A DNA stretch of 60,776 bases from Bdellovibrionota bacterium. GTDB taxonomy: Bacteria; Bdellovibrionota; UBA1018; UBA923. The stretch lies in the NCBI GenBank assembly GCA_040754655.1, contig JBFMCE010000005.1, positions 1-60,776 of the forward strand. Reading direction: 5' to 3'. Both the position numbers and the translations under genes were made by a program. The notes beneath the pieces are model-generated. The model did not search any database. It was not told the origin of the DNA and was given only the letters and a program-made list of their open reading frames with translations. Below are positions 26,159 through 35,238 of the stretch, piece after piece. How positions within the stretch are numbered: the first letter of the stretch is position 1; the number at the start of each line of letters is the position of its first letter.

Positions 26159-26913
26159 AATGTCTTCTCAGCCAAGGTGTTGCGTTTCCACAAGAAAACC
26201 TGTTCTTGGATCGTCCGGTTTGGAAAGGTCTTTCCAGTCAGCACCTCAAGAGTCAAGATCAGTTGCCTCTGAAGCGTTTCATCTTTGGTCGTCTCAAGAA
26301 GATCGACCAGTTTAGGCGTGGCCGCGGTGTATTTGAAGTCGCGAATCACTTGAAGGATGTATTTGTGGATCCAAAGCCCCTTGCCGCCATTGTAATTGAT
26401 CGGATCAAAGAGCGCGTCGACGAGTTTTGGCGCCGCTTTCTTGAGATTGAGGTGCCCTATAGTCTGCACGGCCGTGGTTCGTACCACCAAGGCCTCGTCT
26501 TTGAGCCTTTGGGTGATCGAGGTCGAGAGCTCATCGGCACCCAAGGCGGCCGCTGTTTTCAGGGCGGCATCACGCAACATCCAGCTTTTATCGGTGATTA
26601 CCTTTCCTAAAAAACCGATGCTTTCTTTCCCTGCAAGGCGCCCCAGTCCATAGACGGCGGCCCATCTGATCTCGTCGTTATTGCCTTCATTTTTGATGAG
26701 CGCCACCAAAGGCTTGATCGCCGCACTTCCAAACTCTTCGTGAAGAGAAGTGTGAAGGGTCTTCAAGCCTCCCTTGTTTTTCAGGGCCCGCGAGATGCGG
26801 TCTTTAAGAACTTCGGGTGTCGGGTCAGAGAGCGCTTTGGCTTGAAAGCTTGAGACGAGCGAGATGAGGACTGCGACCGAAAATGCTACTGCACGGGTTT
26901 GTTGCTTTTCCAC
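26155..26913 (-). CDS. secreted HEAT-repeat protein
   Basis: Signal peptide; repeated VR/LR..A...L (IRWAAVYGL, LRDAALKT, VRTTAVQT). Confidence 0.8.
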   Translation of the reverse strand: MEKQQTRAVAFSVAVLISLVSSFQAKALSDPTPEVLKDRISRALKNKGGLKTLHTSLHEEFGSAAIKPLVALIKNEGNNDEIRWAAVYGLGRLAGKESIGFLGKVITDKSWMLRDAALKTAAALGADELSTSITQRLKDEALVVRTTAVQTIGHLNLKKAAPKLVDALFDPINYNGGKGLWIHKYILQVIRDFKYTAATPKLVDLLETTKDETLQRQLILTLEVLTGKTFPNRTIQEQVFLWKRNTLAEKTF

Positions 26914-26951
26914 GAGATGCCCTCCATGGCGGTGGTAGCTTAAAGCGTTGA

Positions 26952-28049
26952 TCAGCTCCCTAACATGCGTTCAAATTCATTCAATAAGTCTGCATCTGAC
27001 TTTTCCGGCTTGCCCTCTGCAGGAGCCGCCGCCGCAGGAGCCGCAGCGGCCGCGCTAGGCGCTGCCGCGACATCAGCCGCCGGAGGCGCAGTCTGGGCTT
27101 GTAATCCTTTGAGCGGATCATTTGCGCTTGCTCCTGCCGGAGCAGCAAGGCTTTCTTCAACTTTGTCCACAAGTCCCTCAAAACTCTGCGCTGCATTTGC
27201 ATCAGTGACCGACTCTTCCGCGGCCGCGATCGGAGATGCTGCTTGCACGGGTTCAGCAGAAGCGGGTGGCGCCGCAGGCGTGGGCTCTGGGGTTGGCGCA
27301 GGTGCCGCTGGGGCTGCCGCTACTGGCTGAGAAGTTTCAGGGCTAGGGGCTGCAAGCGTCGGCTCGGCTGCAGGAGCAGCGGCTGTCGCCGCTGGGGTAG
27401 AAGCGGGCGCTGGAGCTGGAGCTCCGCCTTGAAGGCCTTCTAACTGGGCGCGCAGCTGTTTGTTTTCTTGTTGGTATTTCTTCAAGTTTGCAAGGTCATC
27501 TTCGATCACTTCATATTCGGCAAGCTTGGATTCGAGCTTGGTGATCTTCTCGACAGCTTCATCCAACGCTTTCTTCGCTTCCCCGCCTGTCGCCGGAGTT
27601 GCGGCTCCAGAGGAGAGTTTTGCTTCCAGAGCGCCCTTATCGGCATTTAGCGAAGAGACCATTTTTGAGAGTTCATCTTGCTTAGAGAGCGCCGCTGCCA
27701 GTTGTGATTTAAGGGCGCCTATTTCAGCGGACGAGCTTGAGCTGTCGGCGGCGGAAGACTGAGCAGCCGAAGCACTAGGCTCTTTCATCGCATCCAGGTT
27801 CAATCCTCGGCCTACGGCGATCTTGAAGTCTTCGCCGAAAAGCTGGTTTTTAAATCCTTCGGCGCTTCCGATAAGCTCAATCAGAAAAGCTCGCACGACA
27901 TTGTCAGGGATGTTTTTCTTCGCTACGCCGTATCTGCGTTTTTTGATGAGCAAATATCCGAAGTAGCAAGTCGAAAGACAACCGATCAAAAAAAGCTCGA
28001 CCAGCATCGCTTCCTGCGAAAACTTTGAAAGCCAGTATAAAAAGGACAT
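26952..28049 (-). CDS. membrane-anchored coiled-coil protein with Ala/Pro-rich linker
   Basis: N-terminal TM, coiled coil (KLAEYEVIEDDLANLKKY), APA-rich tail, C-terminal helix DLLNEFERMLGS. Confidence 0.8.
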   Translation of the reverse strand: MSFLYWLSKFSQEAMLVELFLIGCLSTCYFGYLLIKKRRYGVAKKNIPDNVVRAFLIELIGSAEGFKNQLFGEDFKIAVGRGLNLDAMKEPSASAAQSSAADSSSSSAEIGALKSQLAAALSKQDELSKMVSSLNADKGALEAKLSSGAATPATGGEAKKALDEAVEKITKLESKLAEYEVIEDDLANLKKYQQENKQLRAQLEGLQGGAPAPAPASTPAATAAAPAAEPTLAAPSPETSQPVAAAPAAPAPTPEPTPAAPPASAEPVQAASPIAAAEESVTDANAAQSFEGLVDKVEESLAAPAGASANDPLKGLQAQTAPPAADVAAAPSAAAAAPAAAAPAEGKPEKSDADLLNEFERMLGS

Positions 28050-28112
28050 AGTTTTCCTCTCTCAAGGGGCGCCTTACACTAAAGGCACTTCTGTACTATT
28101 GTCTTGCGGCTT

Positions 28113-28946
28113 TCAATCTGCGTCAAATCCATTGAGCGCAGCTAGGAATTCTTGATGGATCAAACCGTTGGTTGCGGCAATAGATTCATCGCCAAGGCGG
28201 AAATTTTTTCCGTCTATGCGGGTATAGACGCCCCCAGCCTCGCCCAAAATGGCGAGTGCAGCGGCCATATCCCATGGGGAGAGGCCTCTTTCCCAAAATC
28301 CGTCAAACTGACCGGTGGCGACAAGCGTGAGGTCAAGGGCCGCGCTTCCGGTTCGTCTGAGCGCGTGGCTGCTTTTCGACATGCGCCCAAAAGTAGCAAG
28401 CTCGTCTTCGAAAAACTTCTCACGTCTTAAACTAAAACCGGTGCTGAGCAGGCCTTGCGAGAGTTCCTTCGTTTTTGAGACGTGGATCCGGTTCTTGCCG
28501 TGAAAAGCGCCGCCCCCATGAGAGGCCCAATACAACTCGTTATGGATCGGATGGTAGATCACGCCGAGCACGGGGCCCAAATCTTCCGCCTCGAGTCCGA
28601 TGGAAACGCAAAACATCGGGAATCGGTGGACGAAGTTCGTCGTGCCATCCAGCGGATCTATGTGCCAGCGGAAAGCGCTGGTTTGGTTGCCTTGGCTCAA
28701 GCCCGTTTCTTCGGCGAGGATGTGGTGTTGCGGGAACTTCTTTCTAAGCGCGGTCACGATGATCTTTTCGGATTCACGGTCAACCTCGGTGACGAGGCTC
28801 GTGTCCGCCTTGAACTTGAGGTTCTTGAACTTCCCGAACTTGCGTTTGATGAGGGCGCCGGCTTCCAGGGCAGCCTTTTTCGCCACCGGTAAGACGACGG
28901 TTCCGAGGTGCTTTTCCAGGGCTGCGTTCTTCTTTTGTTTGGCCAT
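28113..28946 (-). CDS. suhB: inositol monophosphatase family protein SuhB
   Basis: LVTEVD, LAEE, WHIDPLDGTTNFVH, GSAALDL, WDMAA. Confidence 0.92.
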   Translation of the reverse strand: MAKQKKNAALEKHLGTVVLPVAKKAALEAGALIKRKFGKFKNLKFKADTSLVTEVDRESEKIIVTALRKKFPQHHILAEETGLSQGNQTSAFRWHIDPLDGTTNFVHRFPMFCVSIGLEAEDLGPVLGVIYHPIHNELYWASHGGGAFHGKNRIHVSKTKELSQGLLSTGFSLRREKFFEDELATFGRMSKSSHALRRTGSAALDLTLVATGQFDGFWERGLSPWDMAAALAILGEAGGVYTRIDGKNFRLGDESIAATNGLIHQEFLAALNGFDAD

Positions 28947-28961
28947 GAGTTTCGACTCCAA

Positions 28962-29888
28962 TCAAAGGTAAAGAGACTGCGAGCGGTATTTTTCGCAATA
29001 CTGGGCGATGAGTCTCTTTAATGCCTGATGCAGTTTCTTCGTCACGGGCCCCGGTTTTCCGTCGCCAATGGGTTTACCCGAGAGCTTAGTGATCGGCATG
29101 ACTTCTTTGGTGGCAGACGAAAGAAACATCTCTTGGCAGCCTTCGAGTTCAGAAACCGTGAAAAGTTTTTCTTTGAGTTCAACTCCCTCGGATTCGCAGA
29201 TCTGAAATATCCAATCGCGTGTGATTCCGGCCAAGATTCCAACAGAAAGAGGAGCGGTCAGCACTGCATTGCCTTTTACAGCATAGACGTTATTGGTGGT
29301 GCCTTCAGTGACGAAACCTTGGTAGTTGAGCATTAGAGCGTCATCAGCGCCGCGCGCGCGCGCCTCGGCCATGGCCAATATGTTATTGAGGTAGTTTCCC
29401 GATTTCATCGCTGGGTCCAGCGCATCGGGGTGGTTTCTTCTTCTTGATACCACGGCGTAGTGCGCTCCATTGTCATAGTACTTCTGCGCATGCGGTTCGA
29501 ATTCTTTGACGAACACCAGGGCATAAGGTTCGCTTGCCCCTCTTCGGTCGATGTTCAAGTCGCCGACGCCGCGGCTTACCGTGATGCGAACATAGACGTC
29601 AGTGTTCCCGTATTTTCTGAAAAACGCTCGGCAAGCCTCGCGCGTCATCGCGGCGATGCGGTCGGTGTCGGGCATCACTTCGAAGAGCGCGAGTTTGGCT
29701 GAGTGGGAAAGGCGTCTCATGTGTTCTTCAAGCGAAAACAAGATCCCTTCATAAGAGCGGGTAACCTCATAGAGCGAGTCGCCGAAATGGAAGCTTCGAT
29801 CAAAAGCGCTGACCGTAGCTTGTTCGGGCGCAACGATTGAGAAATCCGGTAATGCAACAAGCGCTTTTTTTGGTATGGTCGTGAACAT
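28962..29888 (-). CDS. class IV aminotransferase (D-amino-acid/branched-chain family)
   Basis: DRSFHFGDSLYEV, KSGNY (PLP Lys), EGTTNN, LAGITR. Confidence 0.9.
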   Translation of the reverse strand: MFTTIPKKALVALPDFSIVAPEQATVSAFDRSFHFGDSLYEVTRSYEGILFSLEEHMRRLSHSAKLALFEVMPDTDRIAAMTREACRAFFRKYGNTDVYVRITVSRGVGDLNIDRRGASEPYALVFVKEFEPHAQKYYDNGAHYAVVSRRRNHPDALDPAMKSGNYLNNILAMAEARARGADDALMLNYQGFVTEGTTNNVYAVKGNAVLTAPLSVGILAGITRDWIFQICESEGVELKEKLFTVSELEGCQEMFLSSATKEVMPITKLSGKPIGDGKPGPVTKKLHQALKRLIAQYCEKYRSQSLYL

Positions 29889-30753
29889 GAGAATCACTCT
29901 TTCTTGGTTGGTCGTGGGGATTATTCCCCTAGCCGCATGCTCTTCGGTTCCTGACTTTAAACCATCAAGGCCGCTCGAGGAAGCGTCTTCTCTTGCGCAG
30001 GCGTTGGATATATGCGCCGAGTATCAGATTCCTGGCGAACAAAATGCGGCTGGACGGGCCCTTCCAGAAAGGGTTTCGGTTCTTGTTCCGTGGATTCGGT
30101 GCTTCGAAGACGTTTTCAGGAAATTCCCGGAGGTGCAAGATCGTGAAGATTTTGTGAGCTTCTTTCGAGCATTGCAGGAACGCTACGATGGTGTTCAGCC
30201 CGCCGATGCCAAGGTCATTGACTGGCCCACCATGAACTTCGCGATCAATCGCGTCATCGAGCATTTGAAACAACCCCGGTTGCCCTATAGCGCTGAGGAA
30301 CGTCGCGTCATTGAAAAGAATTTCCCTGATTTTTCCATCCATCTGGCGGAAGCGGGGGCTTTTTCGAACAAAACCGCGCGTTCAAGCCTCACGACCCAAA
30401 TGCTCGAAGACCAGGCTGGCGTTGCAGATGCGCAGTCAGCTCAGACCGGGAAAAACCCGCCGAGAGCGATGCCTTTGTCGCCAGAGCAACGTGAATATTG
30501 CAAGCGTTATAGAAATTATGCTCGATTGAGTTTCGATCTCAAAGAATTGCAAGAATACAGCAAGGTGCTTGAAGAGCAGACCTACGGCGATGTATCCAAT
30601 ACACGCGAGCTCGAGAAGAAAAACCGCTTGAAGAACCGCGTTGACGCCTTGGAGAAGGAAACGAATGAAAAACAATCTCAGCTCTCGAAAGATTTCGTGG
30701 CGCTGCAGGCAAGGTCAAAGTGGTTTAGGAATGGGCATTGTCTAAATGATTGA
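29887..30753 (+). CDS. hypothetical lipoprotein
   Basis: LAAC lipobox; stop overlaps the hflX start. Confidence 0.75.
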   Translation: MRITLSWLVVGIIPLAACSSVPDFKPSRPLEEASSLAQALDICAEYQIPGEQNAAGRALPERVSVLVPWIRCFEDVFRKFPEVQDREDFVSFFRALQERYDGVQPADAKVIDWPTMNFAINRVIEHLKQPRLPYSAEERRVIEKNFPDFSIHLAEAGAFSNKTARSSLTTQMLEDQAGVADAQSAQTGKNPPRAMPLSPEQREYCKRYRNYARLSFDLKELQEYSKVLEEQTYGDVSNTRELEKKNRLKNRVDALEKETNEKQSQLSKDFVALQARSKWFRNGHCLND

Positions 30754-32029
30754 CCTTGAATCGTTTCAAATTCCACTGAGTGCGAAACAGGCGCTCATCG
30801 TCAGCGACAGTGAATGGGGTTTAGAAGAGCTTGAGGGCTTGCTGACCACCATGGGCGGCACCGCCCAAGAAAGGCTGAAGCTTCCTGAAAACCATCGCAT
30901 CAACCCTGGGACCTACCTTGGCAAAGGAAAAGTTGAAGAGGTGAAGCGCATCCTGGAAGCGCGAAACCTTGACATGCTCTTGGTTGACTTCGACCTTTCC
31001 CCCTCGCAATTGAAGAACCTTGAAAAAGCCCTGAAAAAGCTGATTCTCGATCGCAGCGGGATCATTCTTGAGATCTTCAACCGGCATGCTCGCACCAAGG
31101 AAGCGAAGCTTCAGGTCGAGATGGCCAGGCTCCAATACTTGATGCCAAGACTGACCCACCTCTGGTCTCACTTTGAAAGGCAGCGCGGCAGCGGCGGCGG
31201 CGCCCTCAAAGGAAAAGGGATGGGTGAAAAGCAGATCGAGGTGGATCGCCGCCTTGTCAAGGAACGCATCAATACGATCGCCCGCAAGTTGAAAGAGGTC
31301 GAAGGAGCAAGGCAACTGCATCGTCGCCATAGGGACGCGTTGCTCAAGGTCGCGATCGTTGGTTACACCAACGCAGGCAAGTCGACCTTATTGAACGCCC
31401 TGACCCGGTCTGATGTTTTGGTTGAAAACGCTCTTTTCGCCACTCTTGATGCGACGGTGAGGTGTTTGAACCCGAAGTCGAGGCCCATTGTTTTGGGCAT
31501 TGATACGGTGGGCTTCATCGACAGGCTTCCGCACGGTTTGGTCGCAAGCTTCAGGTCTACGCTGGGCGAGATTCTTGAGGCCGATTTGCTCTTGCATGTG
31601 CTTGATGCGAGCCACCCCGAGGTTCGAAGGCACTTTGACGTCACGATGGGGGTCTTGGAAGAGCTTGGCGCCAAGAACATCCCGATGATGATCGTTTTTA
31701 ATAAGATGGATTTATGCGAGAACCCCTCGCTGGTGAAGGTCTGGGGGGCAAGTTTGATGCGCGAATTTTCGACGGTCACGCCCCTCTACATCAGTGCTCA
31801 AAGTCCAGCGCAGGTCGACGAGGCCCGCAAGTCGATCATGGCTTTTTTTGAACGCGGCATGGAGACCTATGAGGTCGTCATTCCATTCGAGGATGGGAAG
31901 ACTGTGGCGCAGATCCATGAGTTGGGCAACGTCGAGGCCAAACGCACGACCGATAAAGGGATCTTCTTTCGGGTGCGCACGATGAAAGAGTTCGCAAACC
32001 AGCTGAATTTAGGGCGCTACAAGATTTGA
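30746..32029 (+). CDS. hflX: ribosome-splitting GTPase HflX
   Basis: YLGKGKVEE, ARTKEAKLQVE, GYTNAGKST, LFATLD, DTVGFI, NKMD. Confidence 0.95.
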   Translation: MIDLESFQIPLSAKQALIVSDSEWGLEELEGLLTTMGGTAQERLKLPENHRINPGTYLGKGKVEEVKRILEARNLDMLLVDFDLSPSQLKNLEKALKKLILDRSGIILEIFNRHARTKEAKLQVEMARLQYLMPRLTHLWSHFERQRGSGGGALKGKGMGEKQIEVDRRLVKERINTIARKLKEVEGARQLHRRHRDALLKVAIVGYTNAGKSTLLNALTRSDVLVENALFATLDATVRCLNPKSRPIVLGIDTVGFIDRLPHGLVASFRSTLGEILEADLLLHVLDASHPEVRRHFDVTMGVLEELGAKNIPMMIVFNKMDLCENPSLVKVWGASLMREFSTVTPLYISAQSPAQVDEARKSIMAFFERGMETYEVVIPFEDGKTVAQIHELGNVEAKRTTDKGIFFRVRTMKEFANQLNLGRYKI

Positions 32030-32107
32030 GCGGTGTTTTGCAGGAGTACTCTCCTGCTGCGGCAAGGGGGCGATGGAGCTGCTCACGTGCTTGTGTACGT
32101 CGGTGGC

Positions 32108-32827
32108 CTAGCCGTTGAACTCGATATAGCCCGAGGGATGGATTCGTTTTCGAACTGCCTCGCGGGGCTGGAATGAGTTTTGGGTCCGCAAAAAGAATTT
32201 TTCAGCGAGGGCATTTGTTTTGAAAAATTCCTTCAATCGCTCTTGAGATTCCTTAGGGCTCATCTTTTGGGCTTGTTGAAACAAATCCTCGAACAAGACT
32301 CTCGTCGATCCAATCGCAAGCGAAGGGAAAGCTCCTTCATCTACTTCCCCGAAACCTACGATCAGCAAGCGGGACCAGAGCTCTTTAAGGGTTCTTTGGT
32401 AAGTGGCCTCTTGTGTTCTGCCTTGCAACCCCGAGCTGCGTTTGAGGGCCTTTGTGGAAAGAGGCGAGTCTGTTTCAAGAATCTCAAGAATCTCCCTTGC
32501 TTCATGCGAAAGACCGCGTAAAGGCTCTTTTCCGCCGAGGAAGCTCGCCAGCATTGCTGTGAAGATGCTTTTTGAAAAGAAAGTCGCGCGACCGCGATAC
32601 CATTTCGTGTAGATTACTTCTCGGCTCCTAGAGAGCTCCTCCCTCAAATGCCACATTCGAGATACGCGATCATCGCCCTCGTCATCCCACTGCCAAAGCA
32701 TCTTGTGTTCGGGATAGGCTACCGACCATAACGAAAGCGGAAGACGAGCGTTGTCGATCGGAAAAACCAGGAGCATTCCGTGAGTGTTGATAGCTGAAAT
32801 CGCTGACTTCCGTCTTATCTGTTTCAT
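32108..32827 (-). CDS. hypothetical protein, possibly AlkZ-related winged-helix
   Basis: W..REEL...Y.KW..GRATF and LST..LK..SGL patterns; start at an ATGA overlap with the upstream gene. Confidence 0.6.
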   Translation of the reverse strand: MKQIRRKSAISAINTHGMLLVFPIDNARLPLSLWSVAYPEHKMLWQWDDEGDDRVSRMWHLREELSRSREVIYTKWYRGRATFFSKSIFTAMLASFLGGKEPLRGLSHEAREILEILETDSPLSTKALKRSSGLQGRTQEATYQRTLKELWSRLLIVGFGEVDEGAFPSLAIGSTRVLFEDLFQQAQKMSPKESQERLKEFFKTNALAEKFFLRTQNSFQPREAVRKRIHPSGYIEFNG

Positions 32828-33741
32828 GTCTCGAACGTGGCGAGCGTCAAAGCCCCTTCGCACGTGTAGTGCCTACGAAGCGGCGAGGCTTTTCGAGGAT
32901 GATCCGGATTCTCATTGAAAAAATGGTTTTGAATCACCTCAAACTTCTCTCTATACTGCCAGGCCCGTGCCCGTCGGCGCTGCTGCACGCTCTCAATCGG
33001 AAAAATATCGTAATAGGCCCTCGCTTGCTCTAATACGCGTTGAAGGGGTTCCCAAATTTGATTCTTTAGGCGGCTCGGCAATTGCTTATAAACCTCGTGC
33101 GCCAAGAGATCGAGCTCGCTAAGAGTTCTAGAAGCGGCTTCTTGAGGGTACGGGCGGTTTAGGGATTCGGCCGTCATCGCATGAGGCCTCAACGATCTCA
33201 AGACATGAGCCTTAAAGATTTTGACCTCCTTTAAGATGCTTTCAGGAGAATCCAGCAAGTGAAAGCGGCTAAGGAGTTCAATCCAGGAAAGAGTTTCAGC
33301 TATGTTTGTCGACGACACCTGGCTGATCGTAAGCGTGGTTCGTTTTTGCGCGCTTGAAACCTCAATTTTGAAATTTTCACGCTGATGCTCTTTGGTCACG
33401 ACGATCCGAAGGTCGTGCATGCGCAGCTCGAGGGGCCAGTTTCCGGCAAGTCTTGCGAAAGGGATGTCTTCGAATCTTTGGGGTGTGCCGAATAGCTCGA
33501 TCGCTCGATCGAAATCCCGGTCGAACGTGATTTCCGTCAAATTAAAGTCGACTCGGATCGTGGTAAGGTCATTCAAGATGAACTTGATCCCATAGCCGTG
33601 GTAGGCTTCAACGTCTTTGAGAAGGGAAGGGGCCTTGTTCAGGATATGGCCATCAGGCTCTTCCTCCGCGTACGATGGGCTCGCAAGGCAAAGAAACAAA
33701 AAAGCCCCTCTCAAGAAGTTTGTCGCATCCTTTTTTTTCAT
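32824..33741 (-). CDS. secreted hypothetical protein
   Basis: MKKK start with signal peptide (SYA-EE); C-terminal CEGAL. Confidence 0.7.
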   Translation of the reverse strand: MKKKDATNFLRGAFLFLCLASPSYAEEEPDGHILNKAPSLLKDVEAYHGYGIKFILNDLTTIRVDFNLTEITFDRDFDRAIELFGTPQRFEDIPFARLAGNWPLELRMHDLRIVVTKEHQRENFKIEVSSAQKRTTLTISQVSSTNIAETLSWIELLSRFHLLDSPESILKEVKIFKAHVLRSLRPHAMTAESLNRPYPQEAASRTLSELDLLAHEVYKQLPSRLKNQIWEPLQRVLEQARAYYDIFPIESVQQRRRARAWQYREKFEVIQNHFFNENPDHPRKASPLRRHYTCEGALTLATFET

Positions 33742-33886
33742 GAACCAGCGGTAGATATATAACTGCGAAAAAAATCGCAAGCGATTTGCGTCGTGACTTT
33801 GGGCATGAATGGTTATTGTTTGACCGGCATCAGCCCGATGAGTTCGGAACCTGCGCTGCTCAACGTCTTCGGGAAACTCGTGCAGA

Positions 33887-34804
33887 TCAAACGACGAATG
33901 CCCTTAAAAACTTCGCGTTCTTTTCGAGGTCAAGCTCAAGAAGAGCCACCGGAACCTCTCGTCCGTTCGAATATGTTTTTGCGCAGTAAACGCTGGGCTT
34001 GAGGCCAGCGTTGGCTAGCCTCGTAGACAAATTCATCGTGCGCCCTACTTTGAGTTGCTCGAGTTCAGATCCGATGAGCGGGAAGGGCTCGAGAAAAGAG
34101 GTCGCGACTTCCAGTCCAAGGATCGCTTGATCGGGATCAAGCGCTGCGATCTGCTCCAGGGTGAGAGCGCGATCCAGTGCGAAGTTCCCGACTGATGTAC
34201 GTCTCAATTCAGCGACATGAGCTTTGGTACCCAGTTTTTCAGCCAGATCTTGGGCCAAGACGCGAACATAGGTGCCCTTTGAGCATTCGACTTCAAAATA
34301 GATCCTATTGCCTTCAAACTTGAGGCAATGAAACCTCTTGAGCAGCACGGGGACGGGTTTTAACTCGCTCACCTTGCCTTGCCGCGCGAGATCGCTTGCG
34401 CGTTCGCCTCCAACCTTTTTCGCGGAATACTGGGGCGGAGTTTGTAGGTAGGGAGAGCCCACGAATTCTGACATGGCATCCGTGATCTTCGATTCGGTCA
34501 AGGCAGGAACGTCTGCTTTCTCTGTCGCTTCACCTTCTGGGTCACCCGTTGAAGTCGAGATTCCGAGTTCAAACACGCCTTCATAAGTCTTCCAATGCGT
34601 TGCGAGATTGGGGTAGCTGTCTAAAAAGAATCTGGCAAGTTTAAGCCCTTCGCCCATCAGGATCGGAAGAACGCCCGTGGCAAACTTGTCTAGGGTGCCT
34701 CCGTGGCCAATGTCAGTGCGTTTCCATAGTCGTTTTAAGTTTCGTACGCAGTCAAAAGAGGTCATGCCAGACTGCTTGTGAACGAGCACTAGTCCTGACT
34801 TCAT
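33887..34804 (-). CDS. truB: tRNA pseudouridine(55) synthase TruB
   Basis: KQSGMTS, GHGGTLD, PPQYSAKKVGG, CSKGTYVR, LRRT; operon position. Confidence 0.93.
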   Translation of the reverse strand: MKSGLVLVHKQSGMTSFDCVRNLKRLWKRTDIGHGGTLDKFATGVLPILMGEGLKLARFFLDSYPNLATHWKTYEGVFELGISTSTGDPEGEATEKADVPALTESKITDAMSEFVGSPYLQTPPQYSAKKVGGERASDLARQGKVSELKPVPVLLKRFHCLKFEGNRIYFEVECSKGTYVRVLAQDLAEKLGTKAHVAELRRTSVGNFALDRALTLEQIAALDPDQAILGLEVATSFLEPFPLIGSELEQLKVGRTMNLSTRLANAGLKPSVYCAKTYSNGREVPVALLELDLEKNAKFLRAFVV

Positions 34805-34820
34805 GGCTATCTTCCTTGTT

Positions 34821-35219
34821 TTATTCTTCTTCTCGAGAGGCTTCTGAGGCTTGTCTGAGCAGATGATCAATGCGGTTGGTGTTGTCGTAACCCTTGTCGT
34901 ACTTGAAGGCGAGGTGAGGAGTGATCTTTATTTGAAGGCGCTGCATGAGCTCGCGGCGCAAGAAGCCCGCAGCCTTATTCAAACCTGCTTCGACTTCCCT
35001 AGCCCTGGTTTTTTCGCTGTCCGCAAGAGTGAATTGTATGTTCGCATTGCGGAGGTCTGGCGTGACGCCGACGTTTGTAATGGTGAAGAATGCGATGCCA
35101 TCCAGCCGTGGGTCTTTCAGCTCGCCGGGAATTAGGCCTGCAAGCTCTTCCTTGATGCGCTCTGCAACTTTGGCGGGCCGATAGCTCGGCTTGTCTTGCA
35201 TGAACGGTCGATGTGCCAT
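34821..35219 (-). CDS. rbfA: ribosome-binding factor A
   Basis: LKDPRL, VTPDLRNA, AAGFLR, PHLAFKYD. Confidence 0.95.
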   Translation of the reverse strand: MAHRPFMQDKPSYRPAKVAERIKEELAGLIPGELKDPRLDGIAFFTITNVGVTPDLRNANIQFTLADSEKTRAREVEAGLNKAAGFLRRELMQRLQIKITPHLAFKYDKGYDNTNRIDHLLRQASEASREEE

Positions 35220-35238
35220 ACTGCCTTCTCTCCGTTAC

